In this document: in pieces, positions 11,180 through 21,140 of the stretch
Numbering within the stretch: the first letter of the stretch is position 1
Layout of the letters: the number at the start of each line of letters is the position of its first letter
From: an uncultured delta proteobacterium
GTDB lineage: Bacteria; Myxococcota; Myxococcia; Myxococcales; Myxococcaceae
Assembly (NCBI GenBank): GCA_963796055.1
Contig: CAWCKH010000004.1
Coordinates: 3,136,001 to 3,200,000 of the forward strand
Reading direction: 5' to 3'
DNA length: 64,000 nucleotides
Made by a program: the position numbers and the translations under genes
The notes under the pieces: model-generated
What the model saw: the letters and a program-made list of their open reading frames with translations, nothing else
Told to the model about the DNA's origin: nothing
The model's database searches: none

Positions 11180-14167
11180 ATGCGCCTCCGATGTGAACAG
11201 TGCGGTACCGAGTACTCGCTGCCGGACGAGTCGGTCGCCCGGGCGACGCGCGCCCGCTGTCCGCGGTGCAAGCACGCGCAGGCCCTGGGGCCTGGGGGCG
11301 TGCCGCTCAGCACGCCACCGGGGGGCAAGAGCCACATCGGCCGGGTGGTGCTGACCACCCTCCCCGTCGAGCCCACTCCCCAGCCCCCGCAGGAGGAGGA
11401 GCTCTTCGGTGAGCTGGAGTGGGAGACGGACAGCGAGCTCGAGTTCGTGGTGGGCCGGAGCCACGTCCAGTTCGAGGAGTTCCCGCCTGCCGCGCCTCCG
11501 AGCGTTCCTCCGGTGAGCCAGCCGGGCGGGAGCGCTCCAGGCCCGCTCCAGGCCCCGAGCTCCGCGCCCATCGACTTCAGCGACATCCACATCGAGGAGG
11601 ACGGGGCGACGCCCGGCGCCGCGCGGAGCGGGCCAGAAGCGGACGCGTGGCCGGAGACCGAGCGGTCGGATCCATGGAGGACCACGCCGCTTCCCCCCCT
11701 GCAGCAGCCCCTCTCGCCTGCGGCGCGGAGCACCCAGGGACAGCACCGCCCGGTGCAGCCGGCCCCCGCCGTCCCGGCCACCACCCCGACCGGCGCACCA
11801 TCGCCGTCTGACCTCGCTCCCACCACGCCCCGCCCGGCTCCGGGCCCGGCGATGACGCCCACCGCCGGCGGCACCCCGGCGGGTCCAGCCCCGGTGCCGG
11901 TCGCGTCTGCCGAGCCGTGTGGCGCCTGCGGCGGGAAGCTGGTCGACGCCGATGACCTGGCCAGCGGAGTCTGCGGCGCGTGCCGGGCCCGCACTGCCGC
12001 CGCGCTCGGCCGGGGTCTGCCGGTCTACGGTCCGGTCACCCCGGCCGGATCGAAGCCCCCGGCCATGTCCGAGCCGGTCACGGTGGACCTCACCGGGCGC
12101 ACCCCCGCGCCCTCGGCGCGCCCGCGCCGTGCCTTCCGGACCATGCCCGAGCCGGAGCGACGAGGTCGGGTCTGGATCCTGCTCGGGGTGCTGGGCATTG
12201 CCGCTGCCGTCTCCGCGGTGCTCTGGTACCTGCGCGTGCGGCCGGACCCGGCGGATCTGGAGCGCGTGGCCGAGGTCCTTCCCCGTCCGGGCAAGAGGAA
12301 GCCCCCCACCGAGGCCCGGCTTCCCGAGGGGCTGGAGGTGCGGCTGGCATCCTGGAAGGCGCCGGCCGAGCCCCGCCCTGTCCCCGACCTCCTCGGCTCG
12401 GCCCAGCTCGACCTGGCGAAGGACACCGAGGTCTCCGAGCTCTCCGCCGAGCACACCCTGGAGTCGGCCCTCCTCCAGGAGCCCCGCAACCCGGAGGCGC
12501 TCGGCCTGTGGATGGAGGCCATCGCTCGTGGACGGGGAAGTCACCTCGCCGCGGGCGAGCTCGATGCGCTGGTGCGGCTCGGCGAGAGCGCGCTGGAGCG
12601 GCTGGGCCGGCGTCCTCCGCTCCAGGTCGGGCTGGCCAGCCTGTTGCTGGTGCGGGGCGCTGCCCAGGACATCGAGCGTGCCCGGACCCTGGGACAGGCC
12701 GCGGTGGACGCCACTCGACCGCCGCCGTCTCCTCCGCCGGGGACGCCGCCACCGCCGAGCCCCACCGCTGGCCCGCCGGCCGTCTGGGGAACCCGCGCCC
12801 GGCTGGTGCTGGCGGAGGCCTACGCGCCCTCGTCGGCCGCGCTCGCGCTCTCCCTCCTGCAGGAGGTCCAGCAGCGAGACCCGGGCCAGAGACGGGTGTT
12901 CAACGTCCGCGCGGTGACGCACGAGGCTGCGGGGTCGCCGCGCGCGGCCGGGGGGGACCTCCAGTCGCGCCTGGCAGTGGACCCCGACGAGCCGCGTACC
13001 GCGCGGGCACTGGCCCGGCTCTGGGGGCAGGTGGGCGAGACGGCGCAGGCGCGGCGCCTCTACGAGCGGCTGCAGGCGAACCCGGCGACCCAGGACGGGC
13101 CGGCGGTCATCGAGATGGCCGCGCTGCGGGCCGGCGCCGAGCGGGCCCCCGCCGAGGCGGTGAAGCTCGTCCAGCACGCGTTGCAGCGCGGGCGGCTGGA
13201 GGGCTCGGACCTGCTCCGGGCGCAGCTCTGCCTGGCCCGGGTGGCCCGTGCCGCGGGCGACCTTCCGGTGGCGGTGCAGGCGGTCACCGCGGCCCTGGCG
13301 ATCGCCCCCGACGATGTGCAGGCGCACCTCCAGGCACTGCTGGTCGATCTGGACCGGGGAGAGGCGGACCGCGCCAGCGCGCACCTCGGCCCGGTCGTCG
13401 ACCACCTCGGCGATGCCGGGCTGGCCGCGCTGCTCGAGGGAAGGGTCCGGGCGGCCCAGCAGCGCTGGCAGCCCGCCGCCGAGGCCTTCGACCGCGCCGC
13501 CTCGACGGACGCCCGCCGCACCGACGCTCGGCTCTGGGCCGGTGCCGCGTGGGCCATGACCGGGACGCGCGAGCGGGCGCTCCAGAGCGTGGCCCCGGCG
13601 CTCCAGGCGGACCCTTTCCGCGATGGCCCCGGTGTTCCGCCGCTCTGGCCCGGCGACGGGCTCAAGGGCGCCGCCGAGCGACTGGTGCTGCTCAGCAAGG
13701 AGGACCGCGACGGACAGCCCTTGCTGGCGGAGGCCGTGCTTCGGGTGCACCAGGGAGACGCGCCGGCCGCCGAGGCCCTCATCGATCGCATCCTGAAGAC
13801 CGGCACCACCCAGGCGGTGGTGCTGGGGTGGAAGTCCATCCTCGTGGCCGCGCGGGGAGACACCGCCGGGGCGCTCGCCCGCGCCCAGGAAGCGGTCGCG
13901 GCGGGGGGGCGCACCAGCGGCTTCGCCCAGTACGCGCTGGGCTCGGCGCTCCTCGCCACGGGCGACCTCGAGGGCGCCCAGCGCGCACTTCGCGAGGCCC
14001 AGACCCTGAGCCCAGGGTTGCTCGCGGCCCAGGTGCGGCTCGCCGAGGTGGAGGCTCGCCTGGGGGCAATCGTGTCCGCCCGGGAACGACTCCAGCGTGT
14101 CATCGTGCTCGATCCGGAGTACGCCTCGGCCCGGCGGGCCTTGTACCTTCTGCCGCCAGAGGGTTGA
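11180..14167 (+). CDS. Zinc-ribbon (MJ0042-type) / TM / TPR-repeat protein
   Basis: N-terminal CEQC...CPRC; Pro-rich linker; second CGAC...CGAC; TM helix; Ala/Leu-rich TPR-like helices. Confidence 0.8.
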   Translation: MRLRCEQCGTEYSLPDESVARATRARCPRCKHAQALGPGGVPLSTPPGGKSHIGRVVLTTLPVEPTPQPPQEEELFGELEWETDSELEFVVGRSHVQFEEFPPAAPPSVPPVSQPGGSAPGPLQAPSSAPIDFSDIHIEEDGATPGAARSGPEADAWPETERSDPWRTTPLPPLQQPLSPAARSTQGQHRPVQPAPAVPATTPTGAPSPSDLAPTTPRPAPGPAMTPTAGGTPAGPAPVPVASAEPCGACGGKLVDADDLASGVCGACRARTAAALGRGLPVYGPVTPAGSKPPAMSEPVTVDLTGRTPAPSARPRRAFRTMPEPERRGRVWILLGVLGIAAAVSAVLWYLRVRPDPADLERVAEVLPRPGKRKPPTEARLPEGLEVRLASWKAPAEPRPVPDLLGSAQLDLAKDTEVSELSAEHTLESALLQEPRNPEALGLWMEAIARGRGSHLAAGELDALVRLGESALERLGRRPPLQVGLASLLLVRGAAQDIERARTLGQAAVDATRPPPSPPPGTPPPPSPTAGPPAVWGTRARLVLAEAYAPSSAALALSLLQEVQQRDPGQRRVFNVRAVTHEAAGSPRAAGGDLQSRLAVDPDEPRTARALARLWGQVGETAQARRLYERLQANPATQDGPAVIEMAALRAGAERAPAEAVKLVQHALQRGRLEGSDLLRAQLCLARVARAAGDLPVAVQAVTAALAIAPDDVQAHLQALLVDLDRGEADRASAHLGPVVDHLGDAGLAALLEGRVRAAQQRWQPAAEAFDRAASTDARRTDARLWAGAAWAMTGTRERALQSVAPALQADPFRDGPGVPPLWPGDGLKGAAERLVLLSKEDRDGQPLLAEAVLRVHQGDAPAAEALIDRILKTGTTQAVVLGWKSILVAARGDTAGALARAQEAVAAGGRTSGFAQYALGSALLATGDLEGAQRALREAQTLSPGLLAAQVRLAEVEARLGAIVSARERLQRVIVLDPEYASARRALYLLPPEG

Positions 14168-14177
14168 TCGAACGCCG

Positions 14178-15437
14178 ATGCGGGTTCTGGTCCTGGGAAG
14201 TGGTGGGCGGGAGCACGCGCTCGCCTGGAAGCTGGCGCAGAGCCCGAGGCTCTCGGCGCTGATCTGCGCTCCGGGCAATCCGGGCACGGCCTCCATCGCC
14301 GAGAACTGGCCGGTGGCCGCCGAGCGTCCCGAGGCCGTGGTGGGGCTCGCCCGGGATGTCCGTGCGGACCTGGTGGTGGTCGGTCCGGAGGCCCCGCTGG
14401 TCGCTGGCGTGGCCGACGCGCTCCGGGCCGCGGGGATCTCGGTCTTCGGTCCCGACGCCGCAGCTGCGCGGCTCGAAGGCAGCAAGGCGTTCGCCAAGGA
14501 GGTGATGCTCGCCTCGGGAGTCCGCACGGCCGCCGGGCGGGCGTTCGCCTCGGCGCAGGAGGCGGAAGCCTGGGCCCGCCTCCGCGGTTCGGTGGTGGTG
14601 AAGGCGGACGGGCTCGCGGCAGGCAAGGGCGTCATCGTCGCCCGCGGCGTGGACGAGGCGGTGGAGGCGGTGCGCGCGCTCGCCGCGCTGGGCGAGGCGG
14701 GGCGCACCCTGGTGCTCGAGGAGGTGCTGGACGGCGAGGAGGTGAGTGTCATCGCGCTGTGCGACGGCGCCCGGTACGTGCTGCTCCCGCCGGCCCAGGA
14801 CCACAAGCGGCTCCTCGACGGGGACCAGGGCCCCAACACCGGGGGCATGGGCGCCTACTGTCCGGCGCCGGTGCTCGACGCGGTGGCGCTCGCCCGGGTG
14901 GGCGAGGAGGTCATCGCCCCGGTGCTCCGGACCATGACCGCACGCGGGACGCCGTTCCGGGGCGCGCTGTACGCCGGCCTGATGGTGGGGGAGGGCGGCC
15001 CGGCGGTGCTCGAGTTCAACGCCCGCTTCGGGGACCCGGAGGCACAGGTGGTGGCGATGTCGCTGGGGGAGGACCTGCTGCCCTGGCTCGACGCCTGCGC
15101 CCGCGGCACGCTCGTGCCCCGGCCGCTGGCGGTGCTGCCCGGCGCCTCGGTGGGCGTGGTGCTGGCCAGCCCGGGCTATCCGGCGGCCCCGGTGACCGGT
15201 GCCCGCATCTCGGGGGTGGACCGCATCGGCGGCAGCTGCCAGGTCTTCCACGCCGGCACCGCGCTGCGTGACGGGGCGCTGGTGACCGCCGGCGGCCGGG
15301 TGCTCACCGTGTGCGCCCGCGGGCCGACGCTGGCCGAGGCGCGGGCCAACGCCTACGGGGCGGTGAGCCGCATCTCCTTCGAGGGAATGCAGTTCCGGCG
15401 GGACATCGGCAGCAAGGGGCTCGGTTCGCGCGCGTGA
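14178..15437 (+). CDS. purD: Phosphoribosylamine-glycine ligase
   Basis: MRVLVLGSGGREHAL, VKADGLAAGKGV, GPNTGGMG, EFNARFGDPE. Confidence 0.97.
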   Translation: MRVLVLGSGGREHALAWKLAQSPRLSALICAPGNPGTASIAENWPVAAERPEAVVGLARDVRADLVVVGPEAPLVAGVADALRAAGISVFGPDAAAARLEGSKAFAKEVMLASGVRTAAGRAFASAQEAEAWARLRGSVVVKADGLAAGKGVIVARGVDEAVEAVRALAALGEAGRTLVLEEVLDGEEVSVIALCDGARYVLLPPAQDHKRLLDGDQGPNTGGMGAYCPAPVLDAVALARVGEEVIAPVLRTMTARGTPFRGALYAGLMVGEGGPAVLEFNARFGDPEAQVVAMSLGEDLLPWLDACARGTLVPRPLAVLPGASVGVVLASPGYPAAPVTGARISGVDRIGGSCQVFHAGTALRDGALVTAGGRVLTVCARGPTLAEARANAYGAVSRISFEGMQFRRDIGSKGLGSRA

Positions 15438-16558
15438 GGTGGCCCGAGCTCCCCCTGCTCGTCCGGTATCTGCTCCGCGAGCTGCTGGTCCCGCTCTCGC
15501 TGTGGGTGGTGTTCCTCTTCCTGCTGCTCTTCGTGATGCAGTTCCTCCGGGGCACCGAGGTGCTGCTCGGCTCGGCGATGACGCCCTGGGACTTCGTCAG
15601 GCTGGTGGTGCACCTGAGCCCGCACCTGCTCGTCATGTCGCTGCCGGTGGGCTTCCTGCTGGCCATCTTGCTCGGGCTCGGCCGCCTCGGGGAGGACCGC
15701 GAGCTGCTGGCCCTGCTCTCGCTGGGGGCCACGCCCTGGCAGCTGGCGCGGGTGCCGCTCGCGGTGGGTGGGGCGCTGGGGGTGCTGGTCCTGCTGCTCG
15801 CCTCGACCGCCGAGCCGTGGGGGCTGAAGCAGGTGAAGGTGCAGGTGAGCGAGGTCATCAAGCGAAACGTGCTCGGCGACGTCCGCCCGGGTGTCTTCTA
15901 CGAGGACCTGACCAATCTCACCCTCTACGCCCAGGAGGTGGACCGGGAGCGCGGGGTCTGGACCCACGTGCTGGTCCACGACGACCGGGACCCGCGGGCA
16001 CCACTGCTGGTGCTGGCGCACGAGGGGACGGTGAACCCCTCCGGCCGGGGTGCCTCGCTGTCGGTGGGCCTCCGGGCGGGCGAGGTGCACCGGGCCGAGC
16101 AGACCGGGACCGACTACGCCATCCTCACCTTTCGCGACGGCAACCTCTCGGTGGGCGTCGAGGACTCCATCCTCCGGAAGAACCACTTCCGCTCGCCGAA
16201 GGAGGAGCTCACCCCGCGAGAGCTGCTCGCCGCGGCCGACGAGGCGCGCGGCGGGGGGAGGAGCGCGGCCCCGTTCCTGACCGCGTTCCACGTCCGGCTG
16301 GCCCAGGGGCTGACCCCGCTGGCCTTCGCCCTGTTCGGGGTGCCGCTGGCCATGTCCTCGCGCGCAGCCAGGACGCGAGGCTATCTCCTCGCCCTGGGGG
16401 TCTACGTCGCCTACTACATCGTGGAGCGCAGCTTCGAGAACCTCGGCACCGCGGGACGGCTCGTGCCGTGGCTCTCCGGAATGGCACCCAATCTGGTGTT
16501 CGGCGCCTTCGGCACCTGGCTCTTCGTCCGGCTCACCCGCAAGGGGCTGGTGGCCTGA
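15434..16558 (+). CDS. lptF: LPS export ABC transporter permease LptF
   Basis: RYLLRE, GRLGEDRELLALLSLG, PGVF; multi-TM; GTGA overlap with the purD stop. Confidence 0.85.
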   Translation: MRWPELPLLVRYLLRELLVPLSLWVVFLFLLLFVMQFLRGTEVLLGSAMTPWDFVRLVVHLSPHLLVMSLPVGFLLAILLGLGRLGEDRELLALLSLGATPWQLARVPLAVGGALGVLVLLLASTAEPWGLKQVKVQVSEVIKRNVLGDVRPGVFYEDLTNLTLYAQEVDRERGVWTHVLVHDDRDPRAPLLVLAHEGTVNPSGRGASLSVGLRAGEVHRAEQTGTDYAILTFRDGNLSVGVEDSILRKNHFRSPKEELTPRELLAAADEARGGGRSAAPFLTAFHVRLAQGLTPLAFALFGVPLAMSSRAARTRGYLLALGVYVAYYIVERSFENLGTAGRLVPWLSGMAPNLVFGAFGTWLFVRLTRKGLVA

Positions 16559-17685
16559 TGCGCGGGCTCCTGGCGCGACATCTGCTGGTCCGCTACCTGG
16601 TCATCGTCGGCGCGGTGCTGGCGGGCCTGCTGGTGGTCTTCCTGGTGGCGGACTTCGTCGACCGCGCCCGCTCGTACACGGGGCCCAACTGGGTGCGGGA
16701 CGTGGCCGAGCTCTACGGGTGGAAGTCGGTGGTGGCGGCGCACCAGCTCGCCCCGGCTGCCCTGCTGCTGGCCAGCGCCGCGCTGGTCTCGCTGCTCCGG
16801 CGCCGCGGGGAGCTCACCGCCATCCTCGCCCTGGGGTTCGGGCGGAGGGTGCTCTTCCTGCCGGTGGCGGCGGTGGCGCTCGTCGCGGCGCTGGTGCTCG
16901 GGTTGCTCGACGAGTTCGTGGTGGGGCATGCCAGCCGGCGGGTGGACGAGATCACCGCGCTCCGCTTCCATCGCTGGGGCGACTGGCGGTCGTTCTACGA
17001 GCGCAAGCAGTGGTTCCGGCACGACGACCGCATCCTCCACCTCGAGGGCGGGGACGTGGAGTCGGGCTTCCGGGGCGTCACCGTGCTCCGCCTCACCCCG
17101 GACTTCGACCTCGCCGAGCGGGTGGACGCGCAGCGGATGGAGCACGCCGGCGGCACCCGGTGGCGGCTGGTGGGGGTGACGCGGCGGGTGTTCGACCGGC
17201 GGGGTGGCCTGAAGCTGACCACGCTCCCGGAGGAGACGCTGGACCTGGGCATCACCCGGGCGCTGCTGGGCATCCGGCCGGGGCGGCCCGAGCAGATGCG
17301 GGTCCCCGTCCTCCGGCAGCAGATCCGCGCGCGGCGGGAGGTGGGCCTCTCCGACCGGCTGTATCTCCTGGCGCTGGGCAATCGCTTCACCTACCCGCTG
17401 GCCGGCGTTCCAGCGGCGCTGCTGGCCCTGGTGCTCGCGATGCGCCCCGGCCGCGGCGGCTCGCTGACCGGAGCGCTGGTGGAGGGGCTGGCGGTCACCA
17501 TGGGCCTGTGGGGCCTCACGGTCATCGCCCGGGCGCTGGTGAACGCCGGACGCATCGCCCCGCTGTTCGCCGCCGCGGTTCCGCTGCTCGCGCTCAGCCT
17601 GGCCCTGGTGGCGCTGCTCTGGGTCCCCCCCGGAGCAGGTCGGCGGGTCCTCCGGCGGGGAGGGTGGTCCGGGGCGCGGGCGTGA
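16558..17685 (+). CDS. lptG: LPS export ABC transporter permease LptG
   Basis: LRRRGELTAILALG motif; LptF/G topology; TGATG coupling with lptF. Confidence 0.85.
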   Translation: MRGLLARHLLVRYLVIVGAVLAGLLVVFLVADFVDRARSYTGPNWVRDVAELYGWKSVVAAHQLAPAALLLASAALVSLLRRRGELTAILALGFGRRVLFLPVAAVALVAALVLGLLDEFVVGHASRRVDEITALRFHRWGDWRSFYERKQWFRHDDRILHLEGGDVESGFRGVTVLRLTPDFDLAERVDAQRMEHAGGTRWRLVGVTRRVFDRRGGLKLTTLPEETLDLGITRALLGIRPGRPEQMRVPVLRQQIRARREVGLSDRLYLLALGNRFTYPLAGVPAALLALVLAMRPGRGGSLTGALVEGLAVTMGLWGLTVIARALVNAGRIAPLFAAAVPLLALSLALVALLWVPPGAGRRVLRRGGWSGARA

Positions 17686-18986
17686 GCCCGGCGCGGGTCG
17701 CCACGGTGCTGGTGGCCGGCTGGGCCGCCGCGTTCTGGCTGGCGGAGGGGCTGCTCCAGGCGGTGGCGGACGTCGCGCTGGTCGCCTCGGCGGTGCTCGT
17801 CCTCCGCGGCGCATCCCTTCCGGGCGAGGCCAGGCTTCCGGCCGGTGCGGCGCTCGGGCTCGCCGGGTGGCAGGCACTCTCGCCGCTCGTGGCGCGTGCG
17901 TTCGGCGCCCCGGCGTTCCCCCCGGCCGCGCTGTGGCTGCACTGCCTCGACACCGCCGCCCTCGCCGCCGCGGCGCTCCTCTCGGCGCAGGTCGTCCGCT
18001 GGACCTGGCCCGAGGCGCTCTTCCTCGCCGGGGGTTTGCTCTCGCTCGGGCTCTCGGCGGTGCAGCACCTCGTCCGCTGGTCCGTCCCCGTCCCGCGGTT
18101 CCTGCGGCTTCCCGTCGACCGGGTGCACGAGACGTTCGGCGGCGAGGACCGTTACGCGGCGGGCGGGTTCTTCTTCCACCGTCTCCGGCTGGCCCACGCC
18201 TCCATTGCCGCGCTCGGCCCGGCAGTGGCCACCGCGCTCCGTCCCGCTGCGGCCCGGACCCGGGCGCTGGCCGCTGCGCTGGCGTTCGCCTGCGTGGGGT
18301 GCATCGTCTTCGCCTACGCCCGGGCGGCGCTCCTCACCGCGGTCCTGCTCGTGCTCCTGGCCGGAGTGGTGGTCACCCGGAGCGCACGCGTCCGGACCGC
18401 GGTGGGCGCGCTGGTGCTCGCGGTGGCGGTGGCGGCGCTGGCGAGCCCGGGTTGGCACGTCCGGCTGGGCCAGGGGGCCGAGAACTTCGTCGGAGGGGAG
18501 CGGGCGCTGGCGCGGGCCGCGGGGTGGGACCTGGTCCACCAGCACCCGTGGCTGGGGGTGGGCTACGGCAACTACCGGACGGCGGCGCTCGCCCGGCGGG
18601 AGGTCACCGGCATCACCGACATGCTCTCGCGGGACGCGCACTCCATCGCCCTCACCGTCTGGGCGGAGACGGGGCTCCCCGGCCTCATGCTGTGGGTGCT
18701 GCTCCACGCCGCGCTCCTTCGCGTGCTGCTCCTCCGGGCACGCGGCGGGAACACGGTGGCCCTGGGAGCGGCGCTCTCCTGGGTGGGGTACCAGACCCTG
18801 GGCATCGCCCACTACCTGCCGTTCCACCCCAGTGCGGCCCTCGGGTTCGCGCTCGTCTGGGGCGTGGGCCTGGTGCGCCCCGGCTCACAGGGCCGATCGG
18901 TAGAGCGCGAGGGTATGGCGGGCGCAGCGGTCCCAGGTGAAGGCCCGGGCGCGCTCGCGGCCGGCGGAGGCCCAGCGGGCGCGTAG
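17682..18986 (+). CDS. waaL: O-antigen ligase family protein
   Basis: Multi-TM; AYARAA, HPWLGVGYGNY and DAHS...WAETGLPG (Wzy_C signature); LPS gene context. Confidence 0.8.
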   Translation: MSPARVATVLVAGWAAAFWLAEGLLQAVADVALVASAVLVLRGASLPGEARLPAGAALGLAGWQALSPLVARAFGAPAFPPAALWLHCLDTAALAAAALLSAQVVRWTWPEALFLAGGLLSLGLSAVQHLVRWSVPVPRFLRLPVDRVHETFGGEDRYAAGGFFFHRLRLAHASIAALGPAVATALRPAAARTRALAAALAFACVGCIVFAYARAALLTAVLLVLLAGVVVTRSARVRTAVGALVLAVAVAALASPGWHVRLGQGAENFVGGERALARAAGWDLVHQHPWLGVGYGNYRTAALARREVTGITDMLSRDAHSIALTVWAETGLPGLMLWVLLHAALLRVLLLRARGGNTVALGAALSWVGYQTLGIAHYLPFHPSAALGFALVWGVGLVRPGSQGRSVEREGMAGAAVPGEGPGALAAGGGPAGA

Positions 18987-19950
18987 CAGCGGGTCACCGA
19001 CGAGGGCGTTGCTCGCGGCGATCCACGCCTCGGGGACGTCGGGATCCAGCAGCTCGGCGGCACCGCCGGTCACCTCGGGAAGGGCGCCGGCGCTGGCGGC
19101 GAGGACCGGCGTGCCAGTGGCCATCGCCTCGAGCGCGGGCAGTCCGAAGCCCTCGTGGCGCGAGGGGAGCAGCAGGGCCTCGGCCCCGCCGTAGAGCGCC
19201 GGCAGGTGCGCCTCGTCCACCCCGGTGAGCACCCGGGTGGGCCGGGGGAAGACGCGCGCAGCAGCGTCGCCGGCCAGCAGCACCAGCGGGACGGGGAGCC
19301 GGGTGGCGATGCGCACCAGGAGGGCGAGGTTCTTGTGCGGCTTGGGGTTGCCCACCGCCAGGAGGTAGCGCGGCGGCAAGCCCAGCCGTGCCCGGATCTG
19401 GAGCCGCTCCTCGGCGGAGGGGGGCCGGAAGCGCGCGTCCACCCCGGGAGGGACGACGGTCCAGCGCGACTCGGGGACCGCCAGCCGTCTGGCGAGCTCG
19501 CCGCGCGCGAACTCGGACACGGTGAGCAGCCCCCGGGCGCGGCGCACCGTCGGGCGCACCACCACCCGGTAGTACAGGGCGGTGAGTCGCCCGAACTCCT
19601 CGCTCCTGACGAGGTGGGCGGCGTCGTGCAGGGTCGCCACCAGCGGCCCGTGCCAGAGGAGCGGCACCGAGAACGAGGTCGCATGGAAGAGGTCCGGCCG
19701 GAGCCGGCGCAGGACGGCGGCGAGCGCGGGCTGCTCGAGCGGGGAGAGGAACCCGGCGGGGGAGGCGTGCACCGGAAAGCCCGGGGCGAGCGGTCCGAGG
19801 TCCGGCAGGCCGCCTGGCGGACCGAGGCCCTCGAATGCCAGAATCTGGCGCGAGCGCGGGGAGCACCCGGGCCAGCTCCAGCGCGTACCGGGCGATGCCG
19901 TGCAGCCGGCCGGACACCATCCGAAGATCGATGAGCACCCGGGAGGCCAT
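18885..19950 (-). CDS. GT4 (GT-B) glycosyltransferase with a +1 frameshift at ~19842
   Basis: N-terminus IDLRM...HGIARY in one frame; TLHD, PHKN and PSRHEGFGLPALEAMA in another. Removing one T in GATTCTG gives APD-LAFE. Confidence 0.85.
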
Positions 19951-20000
19951 CTAGAGCCGCCGGGGCATGCTACACCCCATCGGCCCGAACGCCCTTCCTG

Positions 20001-21131
20001 ATGCGCGTCGCTCTCGTCCATGACTGGCTCACCGGGCGCCGCGGCGGAGAGCTGGTGCTCGCCCAGCTGGTGCGGCTCTTCCCCGACTCGGAGATCTTCA
20101 CCCTGCTGCACGTGCCGGGGAGCGTCGGGCCGGACGTGGAGTCGCGGCCGATCCACACCTCGCCGCTGCAGCGGCTGCCCGGAATCGCGCACCGCTACCG
20201 GGCCGCGCTGCCCCTGATGCCGGCGGCGCTGCGCTTCCTCGACACCCGCGGGTTCGACCTGGTCGTCTCCTCCAGCCACTGCGTGGCCAAGGGGGCGCGG
20301 GTGGCGCCGGGGACGCCGCACCTGGCCTACGTCCACTCGCCCATGCGTTACATGTGGGACCAGTTCGACGTCTACTTCGGTCCCGGCCGGGCGAGCCTCC
20401 CGGTCAGGCTCGCGGCGGCGGTGAGCCGTCCGGCGCTGCAGGCCTGGGACCGGCGCACCGCGGCCGACCCGGATGTGCTGGTGGCCAACAGCCACCACGT
20501 CGCCCGGCGCATCGCGCGGTTCTGGGGCCGCGAGGCGGAGGTCATCCACCCGCCGGTGGACCTCGCCCGCTTCGGGACTCGGTCCCCCGCAGCGGGCCGG
20601 GGCGGGTACTTCCTCTGGCTCGGGGCGCTCGCGCCCTACAAGCGGGTGGACCTCGCGGTGGAGGCCTTCCGCCGGACGGGGCAGGCGCTGTGGATCGCCG
20701 GCGACGGGCAGGACGCGCGGCTGCTCCGCTCGGGGCTCCCCCCCAACGTCCGCTGGCTCGGGAAGGTGCCCGACGCCGAGGTGCCGGAGCTGTACCGAGG
20801 AGCGCGGGCGCTGGTCTTCCCGGGCGAGGAGGACTTCGGCATCGCCCCGCTCGAGGCGCTCGCCTCCGGCCGCCCGGTCATCGCCCTCGGCCGGGGCGGG
20901 GCCCTGGAGACCCTCACCCCCGAGACGGGACTGTTCTTCGACGGCCCGACGCCGGAGGCCCTGGTCGACGCGCTGGGGCGGTTCGAGGCGTTCGAGCGCG
21001 GCTTCGAGCCCGCGGCCGCCCGTGAGCGCGCCGGGCTCTTCTCCGAGGAGCGCTTCCGGGCGGCCATCCGTTCGAGGGTGGACGCGCTGTTCGCGGGTCG
21101 TCCCGACCTGCCCACGCGAGTTCCGTGGTAG
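20001..21131 (+). CDS. GT4 glycosyltransferase
   Basis: MRVALVHDWLTGRRGGE, HSPMRY, YKRVDL, EDFGIAPLEALASG. Confidence 0.92.
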   Translation: MRVALVHDWLTGRRGGELVLAQLVRLFPDSEIFTLLHVPGSVGPDVESRPIHTSPLQRLPGIAHRYRAALPLMPAALRFLDTRGFDLVVSSSHCVAKGARVAPGTPHLAYVHSPMRYMWDQFDVYFGPGRASLPVRLAAAVSRPALQAWDRRTAADPDVLVANSHHVARRIARFWGREAEVIHPPVDLARFGTRSPAAGRGGYFLWLGALAPYKRVDLAVEAFRRTGQALWIAGDGQDARLLRSGLPPNVRWLGKVPDAEVPELYRGARALVFPGEEDFGIAPLEALASGRPVIALGRGGALETLTPETGLFFDGPTPEALVDALGRFEAFERGFEPAAARERAGLFSEERFRAAIRSRVDALFAGRPDLPTRVPW

Positions 21132-21140
21132 GGCAGGGAC

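Noticed and set aside
11138..14848. Long antisense and alternate-frame ORFs (e.g. 1236 aa here; also 45069-47306 and 48003-50807)
   Set aside because: Shadow ORFs typical of high-GC DNA: Arg/Gly/Pro-rich and overlapping well-supported genes.
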